Of a DNA stretch of 64,000 nucleotides, positions 1 to 12,788 are shown piece after piece; the first letter of the stretch is position 1, and the number at the start of each line of letters is the position of its first letter. The stretch is from Blasia pusilla. Its lineage: Eukaryota. The notes under the pieces were generated by a model. The model did no database searches and was not told the origin of the DNA. It saw only the letters and a program-made list of their open reading frames with translations. The DNA lies in assembly GCA_050084515.1 (NCBI GenBank), contig CM114271.1, positions 12,772,001 to 12,836,000 on the forward strand, written 5' to 3'. The position numbers were made by a program, and so were the translations under genes.

Positions 1-2436
1 GTTGGTGCGACCATACCGCCGGGAGGCCATCAATGTCCTCATTGTCAGGTATCCTCTTTCAGCGTTGGAGTGTGTCATGCATACGTATTTTTCATTGTGT
101 ACGACTTTAGCTCTACGTCCGAGTAGACCAGGCTGGCAGTTCATGTTGGCTCCCATATTCATCCTATTATCAGTGCAATTCAGAGACACATCAAGGAGGA
201 TGTGGCAAAGAAAGTGGCCGAGGTACACAGAAACTCTCCGAGATCAAAGCCCGGAGTGATCAAGTTAACAATAACATTACAAATTTGTGAACAATTGCTT
301 GGAATCCCTGGGCAGGGCGAGATCACGGCTGTTGAGGAGAAACAACTATGGGGAAATCTTGTTGGTCCTAAATACTTACGGAACTTTCTGCGTCAAATAC
401 GAGTACTTGATGGAAAGACGGCCAAAATGACACCATTTCCATAATCAAGGCCAACTCCAGATTTCCATTTATTTAGAGATGGCAATTCATGGGCCAAGGA
501 GGTGAAGGATCGAGGGCTTATGTCTTCAAAATATCAACTACATGGCCGTCCAATGGCCTTGATCTATAAGATCGAGGCCACTCGACGAGGCCAAGATCGA
601 ATGAGGGAAGGGGAAGATCTCTACGGCAGATGAGTAAGCTTTGATATTTGCTACAGAGTGCTGAATGGATGGTTGATCATGGGTGCTCACATTTACAACC
701 ATGTGGAGAAGGGACTCAAAACTATATTTGTCTGTGAGGTAAAAGCAGAAGACGTTGGTAGTTTGAAGATGTGTTGGTTACTCTTATTGGAGGTGGTGAA
801 GGAAAACAAAAGGCCACTTGTGGAAATTTATGGATTCATGGCGGACAATTCACAACCTAGATGGATTGCTATCAAGGAAGGGTTCTGGGGTGGAGAGGTT
901 AAACTAGAGAGGGAAAGGTCGGATGCTTTCCATTGGCAACAGTCTATGACCCGATACACCAAATCTTCCATCAAGGAGAATAAGAGAACAAAGCATGTCA
1001 CTCTACTCCATTGCTCTCAGGACAACAAAACCTTGAAAAAGGCCATGGAGTGCCAAGAAGAACTTTATGGAAGGTGGAGGAAGCATGCAATTGAGGGGAA
1101 GTACAAAGAGTTGTGCTCTTGGCTCAGTGGGTGGACTGTACGAATGAGACATGTTGAGAATTTTTTGAAAAGCTCATGTTTCGAGCTAATGTTGAAAATT
1201 GTTTGAAAAGATGTAGCTAAAGTTGAGAAGCGTGGGAACTATAGGGATTTCAAACCGTAGAAACCAAACAACCCGTCGGATACGATTGGTTGTCTAAGTG
1301 TGCAACCCGTCAAAAACGGACACGTTGCATCAAGAATGTTTGTGCAACCCGATGGAACTTGACTAGTTGCATGAGTGTCACACCCGTCGGAGCCCGACAG
1401 GATGCATGAGGAATGTTTGTGCAACCCGTCAAAACCCGACTAGTTGTATGGATGTGCAACCCATCCAAACCCGGCGGGTTGCAAGTTGCATGTATACAAG
1501 GCTTGCAAATAGTTTGATCCGCATGGGTTGCAAGCCGCAAGGCTGAGATTTAACTCGCTCCGCAGCCCATCAGAATCTGACAAGTTGCGTCTGTCTGCAA
1601 CCTGTCGGATTCTGACTAGTGCGTTTGTATCCGAATCCTCACATTTAGACAGGTTGCGGCTGTCTCCAACTCCTCGCATCTAGACACGTTGCATCAATGC
1701 AAGTTAATTGGAACCCGTCGAATTCCGACAAGTTGCAAAGCTTCGTGTGTGGACACTTCTTGCAAGCCAACGGAATCTGACAGGTTGCACAAGGATTTTT
1801 GAGACCAGACCGGCCTGCTTCTCACAACCCGTCTAATTTCAACGAATTTTAGTAGCAGGTTCCTGGGTGTTGGGTTGCAATAAGAGGTTATTGGGACATT
1901 TCAGGGATGCCTACAACTTGTAACCCGTCTAAATCCAACGGGTTGCATTAGGTGGTTCCTGGGTGCTGAAACACGTCAAAAAATGGCGGGTTGCACAATC
2001 ATTCGTGGGATGCCTCGGATTTTTTCTTCGCTTATAAAGCTATATTCGTTCCTTTTTCAGATTTCCGTCGTTGCAGGGATTGAACATTCATGGAAATGGC
2101 CTGTGCCCTAACACAAGTGGAGCACAGAATGTTCATTCCTCTTGGAGGTCATGACAAGCATGCCAAAGAATTTCACTTGTGGAGGCATGCCAACAAGACC
2201 ATGCAAGAGCAATGCTACGGTCTGCACCATCCCATATCTTCCTCACAAAAGGCATAACTAAAGGAAAGGGGCCTTCGATTTACAAGCTCTATGTCAGGGC
2301 GACTGTAAGATCCGGTGATGAGAAACTCTATGTGGAAGCCTTCAATCGGTGCGTAGTAGGAACTTCCCTCGAGCAAGACGTACACATTGGTGGGGATATT
2401 CGTGGGCGTGTTTCAAGACGTTCCATACAGATGGTG
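1..2436 (+). pseudogene. MULE transposase copy A, N-terminal/central part (frameshifts and stops; intron about 1.17-2.06 kb)
   Basis: RLAVHVGSHIHP (WRKY/GCM-like HxH end), xVSFD, GFMADNS and SDAFHWQQS (DDE-core and CxxH-position motifs). After the acceptor TTTTTCAG at 2060 comes PNTSGA. Confidence 0.75.
1269..1995. repeat. Cluster of degenerate 27-bp palindromes in the transposase A intron
   Basis: Copies at about 1269, 1302, 1344, 1379, 1421, 1456, 1562, 1597, 1710, 1762 and 1920. Confidence 0.85.
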
Positions 2437-2856
2437 GAGGTGCGGTAAGAGGAGAGGAAGAGAGGAAGAGAGGAGAGAGGAGAGAGGAAACTACCCTCAA
2501 CCAAAAGAGATACTTTTTTTTTAAGAGAGATTCCTGTGATTTGAAGAGAGTTTCCGTTGGGTGGAAGAGAGGAAAATTTTTGTGTGATTTTTTTTGCACT
2601 TTTCTGCTCAGTTCTTAAGCACTTCCACAATTTTTTTTTTCTTCCACATTTTGGCAACCCCTCTGAGTCCGACGAGTTGCAAATTGCACAAAATTTAGAA
2701 ACTGAAAAATCAGTGGAATCATAAGTGCGGAACCAATCACTTTTTCCATCCAAGGTCTGAAAAAGTCTATCATTTTCACTTGGCTGAATAGAGTTTAAGC
2801 TCAAAGTGAAGGTTCTGGAAAAATGAAAGTACAATCTAAAACCTCATTTTGCTTCC

Positions 2857-5800
2857 TCAAAGTGGTTTGTTTAAAATACTTTGCACTTCTTTGAAGGACA
2901 GAACTGGTTGGTGGATTCCTACTCCTACCTCCGACTTTCTTAAAACTACAAGCAACACATAGTACATGTGCTTACAAGGGAAATACCTTTTGCCTCTTGT
3001 CTCTCTTTGGACAAAGTCAGCACATGAACATGTGGGAAAGCAACAGATGTGCACCACATACACCCATGTGACACTTGAATTTACAGTGTTGTTCGTGAAC
3101 CAATACATCCTTCCTATTCCATTGCCACTGTGGACATCTTTTGTGGCGATGATCTCCATTTTTGCCTCTCAAGCTGATGCAATTCGCTTTGCTCTCTCCA
3201 CCGTTGGCAGCCTGATAAGACTTGCGGAAAGCACAAGATTCATTTGGGCAGAAGAAGAACTTCAATTGATCCCCAGTCCTTGTGAAACGATCAAAGGTTG
3301 TGAGTCCCCAAAACCGAGGCAGTCGTCATCCAGTCCTTGTACAGTTCTTATTTAGGAAAGTTCCGCATACTCTCCTAATGCCATCAGATCCTTCCCTGCA
3401 AGTGGATCCACGTCCAGGGTTGCTCCAAATATATGCCACCATTTCAGATTGCAATCCACCTCCATGAACAGAATCCCATATTGTTGAGCCACCCCAGCGA
3501 TCGGATGTTGCGAACTTCCAGGAACGGAGGGCTTTTGAAATAAAACATTCATTGATTTTGGAGATGTAACTCCATCACAGATTTGGGAGCAATCCAGGGT
3601 CCCCGAATACTTGGGTGGCGCAATTTCCTCATCAAAATCAATCACCAGATTCGTTCCTCGATGCTGCCTCTTCACCTGCCTGAAGTCAAGATACTTATCT
3701 CGTCTCCACTAGTCTCGTTCGGACTACTCTACCACCATCTGTATGGGACGTCTTGAAACGTCTTGCTCGAGGGGAGTTCCTGCTACGCATCGATTGAAGG
3801 CTTCCACATAGAGTTTCTCATGACTCGATCTCACAGCCACCATGACATAGAGCTCGTAGATCGAAGGCCCCCTTCCTTTTGTTATGCCTTTTGTGAGGAA
3901 GATATGGGATGTTGCAGATTGTAGCATTGCTCTTGCCTGGTCTTGTTGGCATGCCTCCACAAGTGAAATTCTTTGGCATGCTTGTGACAACCTCCACGAG
4001 GAATGAACACTTTCTGCTCCACTTGTGTTGGGGCAAAGGGCATTTTCATGAATGTTCAATCCCTGCAACAACGACACTGTGAGAAGGGAACCAAAATAGC
4101 TCTATGAGCAAAGAAAAAAGCTATTGTCGAAACAACACGGGTTGCAAGTCGGAGGCATCCCATGAATGACTCTGTAACCCGTTGGTTTCTGACGTGTTGC
4201 AACAACCGGGAACCACATGGTACAACCCGTCGGATTTCGACGGGTTGCAAGTAAATTTGGCCATGCGACTTGCAACCCGTCCTTTTCTGACTGGTTGCAC
4301 TCTCAAGCAACCTGTCAACCCGTCTGATTCCGACGGGTTGCAAGTAAATTTGGCCATGCGATTTGCAACCCGTCGGCTTTCGAGTGGTTGCACACTCAGG
4401 AAACCCGTCAATAAGCGACGGGTTGAACACTGAGGGAGGCAACATGTCGCATCCAACAAGTTGTTTGGTTTCTTCGGTTTGAGATCCCTATAGTGCCCAC
4501 CCTTCTCACCTTAAGCTACAACTCTTCAAAAAAAATTCAGCGAGACAAATAAGTGAACTCACCTCCCGCATGAAGTTTCCCCATTGTCTCATTCGTACAG
4601 TCCATCAACTCAACCAAGAGCATAACTCTTTGTACGTCCCCTCAATCGCATGTTTCCTTCACCACCCATGAATTTCTTCTTGGCATTCCATGGCGTGTTT
4701 CAAGGTTTTGTTGTCCTTGCAGCGTTGGAGTAGAGTGACATGCTCCGTCCTCTTATTCTCCTTGATGCAAGATTTGGTATACCGGGTTATAGACTGTTGC
4801 CAATGGAAAGCATCCGACCTTTCCGGTTGAACCTCCCCACCCCAAAACACTTCCCTGATAGCAATCCACCCAGGTTGTGCATTTTCCGCCATGAACCCAT
4901 AAGTTTCCGGAGGTGGCCTTTTTTTTTCCTTTACCACCTCCAATAAGAGTAACCGGCACATCTTCAAATTGCCAACGTCTTCAGCTTTTACTTCACAGAA
5001 AAATATAGTTTTGAGTCCCTTCTCCACATGGTCATAAATATGAGCATCCATTGTCAACCATCCGTTTAGCACTATGTAGCAAATATCAAAGCTTACCCAG
5101 CTACCGTGAAGATCTTCCCCTTCCCTCATTCGATCTATAAGATCGAGGCCACTCGACGGACGTGTCGTTGATATTTTGAAGACATAGGCCCTGGATCCTT
5201 CGCCTCCTTGGCCCATGAACTGCCATCTCTGAATGAATGGAAATCTGGAGTTGGCCTTGATTCTAGCAATGGCATCCATTTCGGCCGTCTTTCCATCCCA
5301 TACCCGTATTTGACGTAGCAAATTCCGGAAGCATTCAGGATTAGCGAGAAATGCGAGATTTTCCCATAGTTGTTTCTCCTCAGCAGCGGTGATCTCGCCC
5401 TGTCCAAGGATTCCAAGAAATTTTTCACAAATTTGTGATGTTGTTGTTAGCTTGATCACTCCGGGCTTTGAACCCGGAGAGTTTTTGAAGACCTCGGCCA
5501 CTTTCTTTGCCACATCCTCCTTGATGTGTCTCTGAATTGCATGGGTCACAAGATGAGTGTGGGAGCCAACATGAACTGCCAGCCTTGTGTACTATGACGT
5601 GGAGCCCAAGTCGTGGACAATGGAAAATATGTATGCAAGACACGCTCCAATGTAGAAAGGGGATGCTTGAAAATAAGGACATCGATGGCCTCTTGGCGGT
5701 ATGGTGGCACCCACCTCATATGGAGTTTCTGCATTCTTGGGGGGGAATTGCGACGTATTGACCCGCCCGTTGCGCTCTATATACATGCATGATGGACTTC

Positions 5801-6569
5801 TATAATCCAAGGCTCCAACGCATTGGCGGCGGGAGACAATCCAAGGACCATCTGGAATTGAAGCACTAGTCCGTTGAAGCCTACACCATCGATGACAATC
5901 AGACTTTCTGTCCATATCCTTCAAGCGTCCTCCATCTTTCTTTTGAGCAAGAGCAGTAAGTGGAGGCAACTAAAAAATACAATTACCATCATACGTGGGC
6001 GGAAACTTGTCGACAAGAATGTGCTTGAACATTTTCAAGGCCAGAGACGATAGCAAACTATTTCTTGATATTCGCAAGAGGAACAAATAGGCAGACAAAG
6101 GGCCTGATTGGTGTTCGACCGATTCAATGAGATTGAAAACATCGGGAATTTCTTCAGGAAGTACAACATTGTAACGAACGTGTGAAGTTGGAGTCGATTC
6201 CGGATCTACTGAGCTAGGAGTTGCAAACGTAGAGCTCAGTGCACTAGGAAATTCTCAACCGTCTACTTGGGAAACAAAGGAATTCAGAGGCAAGCCGTTA
6301 ACTTTGTATTGACCATTTGCTAGAGGTAGGAGATTCCATACTTTATGGTCTGCAATTACAAGTTGGATTGTCTCAGCTATTCTATACTCTGTACCGTCCA
6401 CCCTAACATCCTTGGACACAAAGATGGTTCCAATTTGGAGAAGAAATCGAACTGAGAGAAAATTTTCATCCACAGGTATGAAAGACTCACGAGCTTGCGG
6501 TCGAACGATTTCTGATTGAGGAAGGGCCGCTAGATGACTGCCACAAGTGAGTTTCACATAATTATCCAT
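2857..6569 (-). pseudogene. MULE transposase copy B (Zn-finger DNA-binding region, DDE core, SWIM); 2 exons, disrupted
   Basis: ORF pieces 6255-6599, 5592-5969, 4659-5549, 3724-4077, 3352-3675 and 2857-3159 read as one protein. Motifs: WVSFD, FMAEN (D in copy A), AFHWQQS, NTSGAESVH (third acidic residue), PTCSC...PCKH. Intron 4562-4077 (AG|GTGAGT ... TCACAG). The start codon is tentative. Confidence 0.8.
4130..4430. repeat. Cluster of 27-bp palindromes in the transposase B intron
   Basis: For example 4222 ACAACCCGTCGGATTTCGACGGGTTGC; also 4272, 4315, 4365 and 4401. Confidence 0.9.
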
Positions 6570-6756
6570 TCCCAAAAGATTCCACCAGGAGGAGACCAAG
6601 AATAAGAATTAGGATAAGAATGGGTATGGGAATGAGAATGAGAATGAGAATGTTCAATTTATAGTGAATAGGGACTCAGATTCTCCTGACAAAATTTGAC
6701 TGAAAAGATGAAGATTGGTAGGTGAGATTGTTTGACATGATGGATTCAATTCTGTT

Positions 6757-7440
6757 GCAACCTGTCGGAGTCCGATGGGTTGCAAAATTTGGGAATCACA
6801 GACGTGGGTTACGAAGCACCCAATTCCGTTTTTTGTTTCCGTGTGCCAATGCAAATTGGAAGCCGTCAGAGTTCGTTGGGTTGGGACCCCCTTCATGCCG
6901 ACCAATGCTCTTTTGAGACGATTTTGCTAGCATCAAGCACAAGACATCGCTTGCATTTGCTAAGGTAACTAATCGCTGGGGACTATTACGGGATTGTCCA
7001 ACTCAAGGTAGACCTTGTGACCCGTCGGATTGCAAGAGGTTTCGTGGGAACTATCCGTTGTCGCATTGTTACCCGAGGAATAGAAAAGAGTGCAACCTAT
7101 CTGTAACCGACGAGTTGCCCAAGTACCTTGCCTATTACCCCAAGATGAGGGAAGCGTGCAACCTGTCGACCTCTGACGGGTTGCGCAAGTGCCTCGCCTC
7201 GTAACGCTTACATGAAGGAAGCGTGCGACCCGTCGGCCTCCGACGAGTTGCGCAGGTACCCCGCCTTGTTATCCCAAGACGAGGGAAGGGTACAACCCGT
7301 CGGTCTTCGACGGGTTGCGCGGGTACCTTGCGTTCTTCGCCCAAGACGGCAGAGGCGCGCAACCTGTCAGACTCCGACGGGTTGCTAAGACAGCTCGGCT
7401 AGGAGGGATGCCTCCAACCCGTCAAAGACCGTCGGGTTGG
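6757..7440. repeat. Palindrome cluster between the divergent genes, including a 67-bp tandem array
   Basis: Palindromes start at 6757, 7018, 7092, 7158, 7225, 7292, 7359 and 7414. The period is 67 bp from 7158 to 7359. Confidence 0.9.
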
Positions 7441-7529
7441 TGGTTTTCACGTACAGACCTCCATAACAGCCGACACGTCATCGTCGGAACGACGGTGCGA
7501 CCCAACGGTCAGCCCAACGACTCGAAAAG

Positions 7530-7537
7530 TATAAATA
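7530..7537 (+). promoter_or_regulatory. TATA box of the cargo gene
   Basis: TATAAATA, followed by a pyrimidine-rich stretch, about 250 bp upstream of ATG 7779. Confidence 0.55.
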
Positions 7538-7632
7538 GGCTAGGGTTCGCTCATTTCAGGTTTTTCGTTTCGCGATCTCGATTGCTCTTCAGCGCAGCAG
7601 CGGACCAGATACCAATGGGCGCCTTACACAAC

Positions 7633-7728
7633 GACTCATCGCGAGACTCATCCCAAGACGATTCAAGCGACTCATCAAGGTGACTCATCAAGGCAACTCA
7701 TCCGAGTGACTCATCAACGCGACTCATC
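7633..7728 (+). repeat. Seven (G/A)ACTCATC motifs, mostly 12-13 bp apart
   Basis: Starts at 7633, 7645, 7669, 7682, 7695, 7708 and 7721. Confidence 0.85.
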
Positions 7729-9020
7729 ATGCACAGAAAGTAATTTCGTTGTCGAGGAGGTGGCATTTTTCGGGAATAATGACGAGGAAAAAAAGTCAGG
7801 CAAGCAAGGCTGGGAGCTTCACTCCCAAGTCTAGGACTCGTGCGTCACCATCTCTAGGGCCTCATTCGGCCAATGAGATAAGGCAGCAAGAGATCAAGGA
7901 GCGCGAAAGGGAAGCGGAGATGCACAGGTAGGATCTTCTTGCAAAATGTGTTAAGGAGACGATTGAAAAACAAAACGCAGAGGCCAAGGCATCGCAGGCC
8001 TTGAAGAAAAGGATCTCCGAGGAGAAGCATGAAAAGAAGCGTGTGGACGTGTTGGTGAGGAGAGCGAAATTGACAAAATCTTGAAAGGAAAAAGGATGCC
8101 ATTGAAGAAAGCCCGCCCATCCAACCAAAACTGTTGAGATGCAGGAAATGTCTTCGATGAAGTCCGGGGAAACAATCAATATAAAATCGGCTAAGGAAAC
8201 GGGCAAAGTTCAAGTGACGAATGATGAGGTCATGAGGACCGCCTGCGTGGAGATGGTGGACATCTCTGAAGAAGCAGGAGAGCAATCTTCCTCGTCTCTT
8301 AGCCCCGGGGAAGAAATCGACCTCTATCAGATAGACGAGTTTCCACTGGACTTGCCAACTACTGTCCCAGAGCAATTGGCAGGCCAAGACACCAACCCAA
8401 TCTTCGAGCGGGTAAGATACGATCTTTGTTCTTTGAGTTATGTGAAGGCCCATGTTGCAATTCATTGGCAATTGAGTGTAGTTTATTGACCTTATCCCCG
8501 TTGTGATAGGTGGTAAAGTAGATGGCAATGATGGAGGGCCAAAACGCCCCGAGAATTCCACTTTTCCAATTGTAGACAATGGAGTACGTTTGCAAAATTC
8601 AATCTGACGAGGATATTGCGAAGCTGAAATAATCAGCAGCGACAACATCCTACGTTGATAGCTTCCCTACGTTCTATGTTCAGCATTACGATGAACATGG
8701 AACCCAAACGCTAGGTACGGAGGAGGACTTGGAAGCTCTCGAAACATTCTGGAGGATGAGAGATCAGGAATTCATAAGGGCGATTGAGGGGACGGAATTC
8801 AACTGGATGCGGAATCTGTATTTCTTCATCTGGGATGGAAACCACAAGTTCATGGCGTGGACCCAGTTTGCAGAGGAGCGCCAAAACTCATTGGAGGCGC
8901 ATTTCTGCGTGAAGGCAGTAGTGCTACATCCATACCCTCATCACATGGCGACGGTGGAGATGGCCATGTATACCATGAACACGGCTCCACCAACTCTCCT
9001 TTTCCTTTATTTTGATTGCT

Positions 9021-9667
9021 GCAAACCGTCGGACTCTGACGAGTTGTTTAACTAATGGTAACAAAACATCAGATGCCTTAAAGCAACTCGTCAAAGTCCG
9101 ACGAGTTGCTTGACTGGCTGCAATTTTTAGGATGTTTTAGGCTGAAAGCAACTCGTCGGAGTCCGACGAGTTGCTCGACTGGCCGCTGTTTTTATGATAT
9201 TTTTGGCCGAAAGCAACTCGTCCAAGTCCGACGAGTTGCTCGACTGGCCGCTGTTTTTAGGATGTTTTTGGCCGAAAGCAACTCCTCGGAGTCCAACGAG
9301 TTGCTCGACTAGTCGCTATTTTTAAGATGTTTTTGGCCGAAAGCAACTCGTCGGACTCCGACGGGTTGCATTCGTTGGCACGAGAAGGTGATCAGAGTAG
9401 GGGCGCTTGATTTTTGGCATCAAATTGCAGCTTTACTTGAAATTGGGCAACGTGTCGGACTTCGACGGGTTGACATGTTCACTTTTCCCGTGGAGACCAC
9501 TCTTTGAATACAAATTATCTGACAACCTTTCAGAGTCCAACGAGTTGAAACAAGGCAATCACAAATCTGAATGCAATCCGTCGGACTCCGATGGGTTGCA
9601 AAATTTAGCTCATAGCTACCATTCTGACCATGAGGTGTGACGACGTGTCGGAGTCCAACTGGTTGCA
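9021..9667. repeat. Palindrome cluster in cargo-gene intron 1, including a 5 x 65-bp tandem array
   Basis: Array palindromes start at 9083, 9148, 9213, 9278 and 9343. Further copies at about 9021, 9447, 9521, 9573 and 9640. Confidence 0.9.
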
Positions 9668-11789
9668 GGAACCCATGTAGCTTGCAAAATTTCTTATATT
9701 GAATTTGGATGTGCAAGATTGTATCCGAGGGGAATGTCACCCACCATTGGATACAGGATTGCGATCAGGGGAAGAAAGTGCTAACGATGCACCCGAAAGA
9801 GTACAAGGGGTTCTTGGGCAACGCCCTTGTAAATGAGATGCTGGCAAAGGGGGCTCAAATAAAAAAAAGACTTGGGCAAATAAATTTATTTCCCAAGATG
9901 CAGCTGTGACAATCCTTTGCTGGTCAAAGATACAGACGGCCAAGAAGAGCGCTTCATTGGGGTCGGAGCGGAGGTAGAAAGTGTATGTATCTGAGCGTGC
10001 TAAGTTCATCCAAGCTGCAGTATCTGCAACTACGAAGTACACTGCAAGAAAGATCCAGGGCTACATCGCCATTCTCAACCCCGAACTTGGCCTCGATTTC
10101 TACAAGGAGCTCAAGGCGATAATCAAGCGCCAGCGGAAGAGAGATGAAGATCCGTAGGGTCCGATTGGGGAGAAAGTGTCTCTCGACCGCGTCCATCGAT
10201 TTGCCTCGTCTGGAATTTCGGAATTTAGGAGAATCCGACTGATGAAAATCAGTCTCGAGGGCACAGAGGCCCAAAAGAGGGTGGCACACCATCCTCCGGG
10301 TGTCTCTGATCCAGTGATCTCCCACAGGCTCTGTGAATGGTCATTATGGGACGCGTTGCGGCTTCTCGAGAAGTCTATGCTCGTGGGTCTCCAAGCGAAG
10401 CTAAAAAAAATAGAGGCAGTTCCAAAGGAAGCAAACCTAGAGAGTGCTGAAGATTTTGAACTTTGGATGGATGACATCCAGGACAAGCTCATAAAAAATC
10501 CAGGCTTCATGACGATGTTCAAGGATCACATACTCCCTCATGTGGACCTGATGAAGAAATAGAGGCAAAGAAAAGGGATTTCGCAAAGAAAAAGTGAGAT
10601 CTTCAGGAGCAGGCGGCCGATGCATCTTGACTAAGAGCTGCCCGACGCATGGTGTTCAGGTACCTTGTCCATTGTAAGAATGCAGGTACGTGGCAAAAAA
10701 TACCGGCAGCCTCCAAATTGTGGGCTTCTCCACCTAATGGAGAGACATTTTCCATGTACGACGTGGAGATGGCTCAAAGCATCTCTGACTGGGAGGTGGA
10801 GAATTGCCCCATCTGGTTGGACTTCAACGACCCTGAGGACATAACCAAGAAAAATCTACGCCTGCTGATGCAGTGGCCGCAGGTAGGGACGACATCCCCA
10901 ATTTCGTGCAGCCTGAAGACTTTTTCGAAGGAGATGGGGAGAAGCAAGCCCTCGAGACAGCGGAGTTGGTGTCCAAGGTCGTCACCGCCAAGGACAAATC
11001 TACATCGGGTCTCAAAGCCAAGGCGAGGGGATCGAAGAATTCCGAGGCCAAGTCTTCCCAAAAAGAGGCTGAAAATTCAAGGCGAGAGGAAAAATTGTCC
11101 GGGCAAGTGGGGAGAGAGGGTCGGACCAGGTCCTCCGCAAAAAAAACTCCACCAAAGTCTGAGGTAATAGAGACCCCAACAACCCGACTGCAGACTCGGG
11201 AGAAGCGGAAGTGAGAGGCACCAGGTTTGTCCCAAGGAGTAGACAAGGATGTGGAATACACTCCATCATCCTTGGGAAGACATAGAGAAACAACGACCCG
11301 GACAAGCATCATCATTCACTGAACGAATCTTATGGATGAGTTGCAAAGTTTCAATTCCCAAGCGTTGACACCCGCCATCGACAAATTGACAATGCTGGGA
11401 CGTAAGCTTCAACGAAACGGGCACGCTCCCAGGACGGTCCATGGGGAGGTTGAGGAGGTGGCGGTGGATCTCCTCGTCGCTGATTTGCCCTTGGGATTGC
11501 GCTTGTGGGACGAGAATCCGTCCGACGGTGTCCTAGACTGGAATGTCACTCTTTCTTATGACCAGATCCCGCTCCTGATTTCCTTTGAAAACACTTATCT
11601 CAGTGACACGGGCTATTTTTTGGTCTTGACAGGAGGGAGCAAGGATGAGCTCTTCAACCTACAGTGCGTCAAGAGGTTGCTGAAGTGGAGGACGGCGCAA
11701 TCGTGGGTCATCAAGAACAAGTACCCACTCCGATCCGCGACGAGTCAAATCCGGGTAAGGGCTCTAAATCCATATCCAAATTGTCTTGC

Positions 11790-12110
11790 TCTCACGGGTT
11801 GCATCTCTGCATGCAACCCGTCCGATTTTCTGAGTTGAAGACTTCGGTGGTGCAATCTGTCTGAAAGCAACGGGTTGCAAATTTACCGCAAGTCTCCATT
11901 GGGTGAATGCAACCCGTCGGAACTCGACGGGTTGCAAGTGCGTATGCTTTTCCTTGTGTTTTTGGAATGATGCAACCCGTATGAATGCGACGGGTTGCTC
12001 TTAGCCAACCATGGGCTGCTCTAAGCCAACAACCTGTCGCCTTCCGACGGGTTGCTCATGGCAAAAAGAATCACTAACACTTGTAAAACAACCCGTTGGA
12101 CTCTGACATG
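11790..12110. repeat. Palindrome cluster in cargo-gene intron 2
   Basis: For example 11909 GCAACCCGTCGGAACTCGACGGGTTGC; also 11812, 11852, 11972 and 12029. Confidence 0.85.
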
Positions 12111-12788
12111 TAGCTCCAATGTTAGGACTATAACTAAGTTCTCTGGGGTTAAGCGAAGCTCTTTGGGAACAAGTTGCACATTGTGCCACCATTCTGATAG
12201 TATACCTTTCTTGTTGTTGCATACAGAAATTAGCACTTTCTTGTTGTTGACATTTTTTCCAACCTGCTTCTTTAAAGATGGACCACTCCTTTGTCTACAA
12301 TTTTGTAAGGCCTGAGCACAACTTCAAGTGTTTTAGATCCTTGATCTAGTGGATCCATGCTCCGATGGGTATAGCTTAGATAATTTATACAACCCCCCCC
12401 CCCCCCCCCCCCCGGGAATTTACATGCAAAATGGTACCCCCTTACTTGGAGGAAGGGAAAAGTCGCCAACGTTGATGCAAACACTCATCGAGCTCTGTTC
12501 AAGGCCGAGTGACTTGGTGTTCGACTTAGTGGGCCTTTCAAGGGCGAGTATCAGAGGCGCCTCGCAGAGTGGAAGAACATTCTCTGCCTTGAGGGAAGGC
12601 ATGAACTATTTGACCTTTGCAAAGGGGCAAAGGCAGATTATGACAGGCTAGTTGGGGCGTACAACTCTCCTCCGAAGCCGAGAGCTCCGGTTCCAGACCC
12701 ACCATTGGTAGTGATACCATCGTCACTTCCCACGATTTTGAAAATTGGGAGGGCAAGGCCGACAATAATTTTGGAAGAGCTCTCGGAC

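Noticed and set aside
1239-1679. Short ORFs with recurring NPSDSDGL / QPVG.RRV peptides (also 4056-4459, 7135-7683, 9106-9740, 13614-14147)
   Set aside because: These are translations of the 27-bp palindrome in introns and intergenic DNA, not proteins.
1-5710. Large inverted repeat that could be read as giant TIRs or a foldback element
   Set aside because: Better explained by opposite-orientation nesting of two diverged copies, since copy A's reading frame resumes at 14584.
7854-8648. 264-aa minus-strand ORF
   Set aside because: Antisense shadow of the cargo gene's first exon, with no recognisable motifs.
9083-9369. Regularly spaced palindromic repeats resembling a CRISPR array (also 7092-7385)
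   Set aside because: The intervening sequences are near-identical to each other rather than unique spacers. There are no cas genes, and the context is eukaryotic intronic or intergenic DNA.
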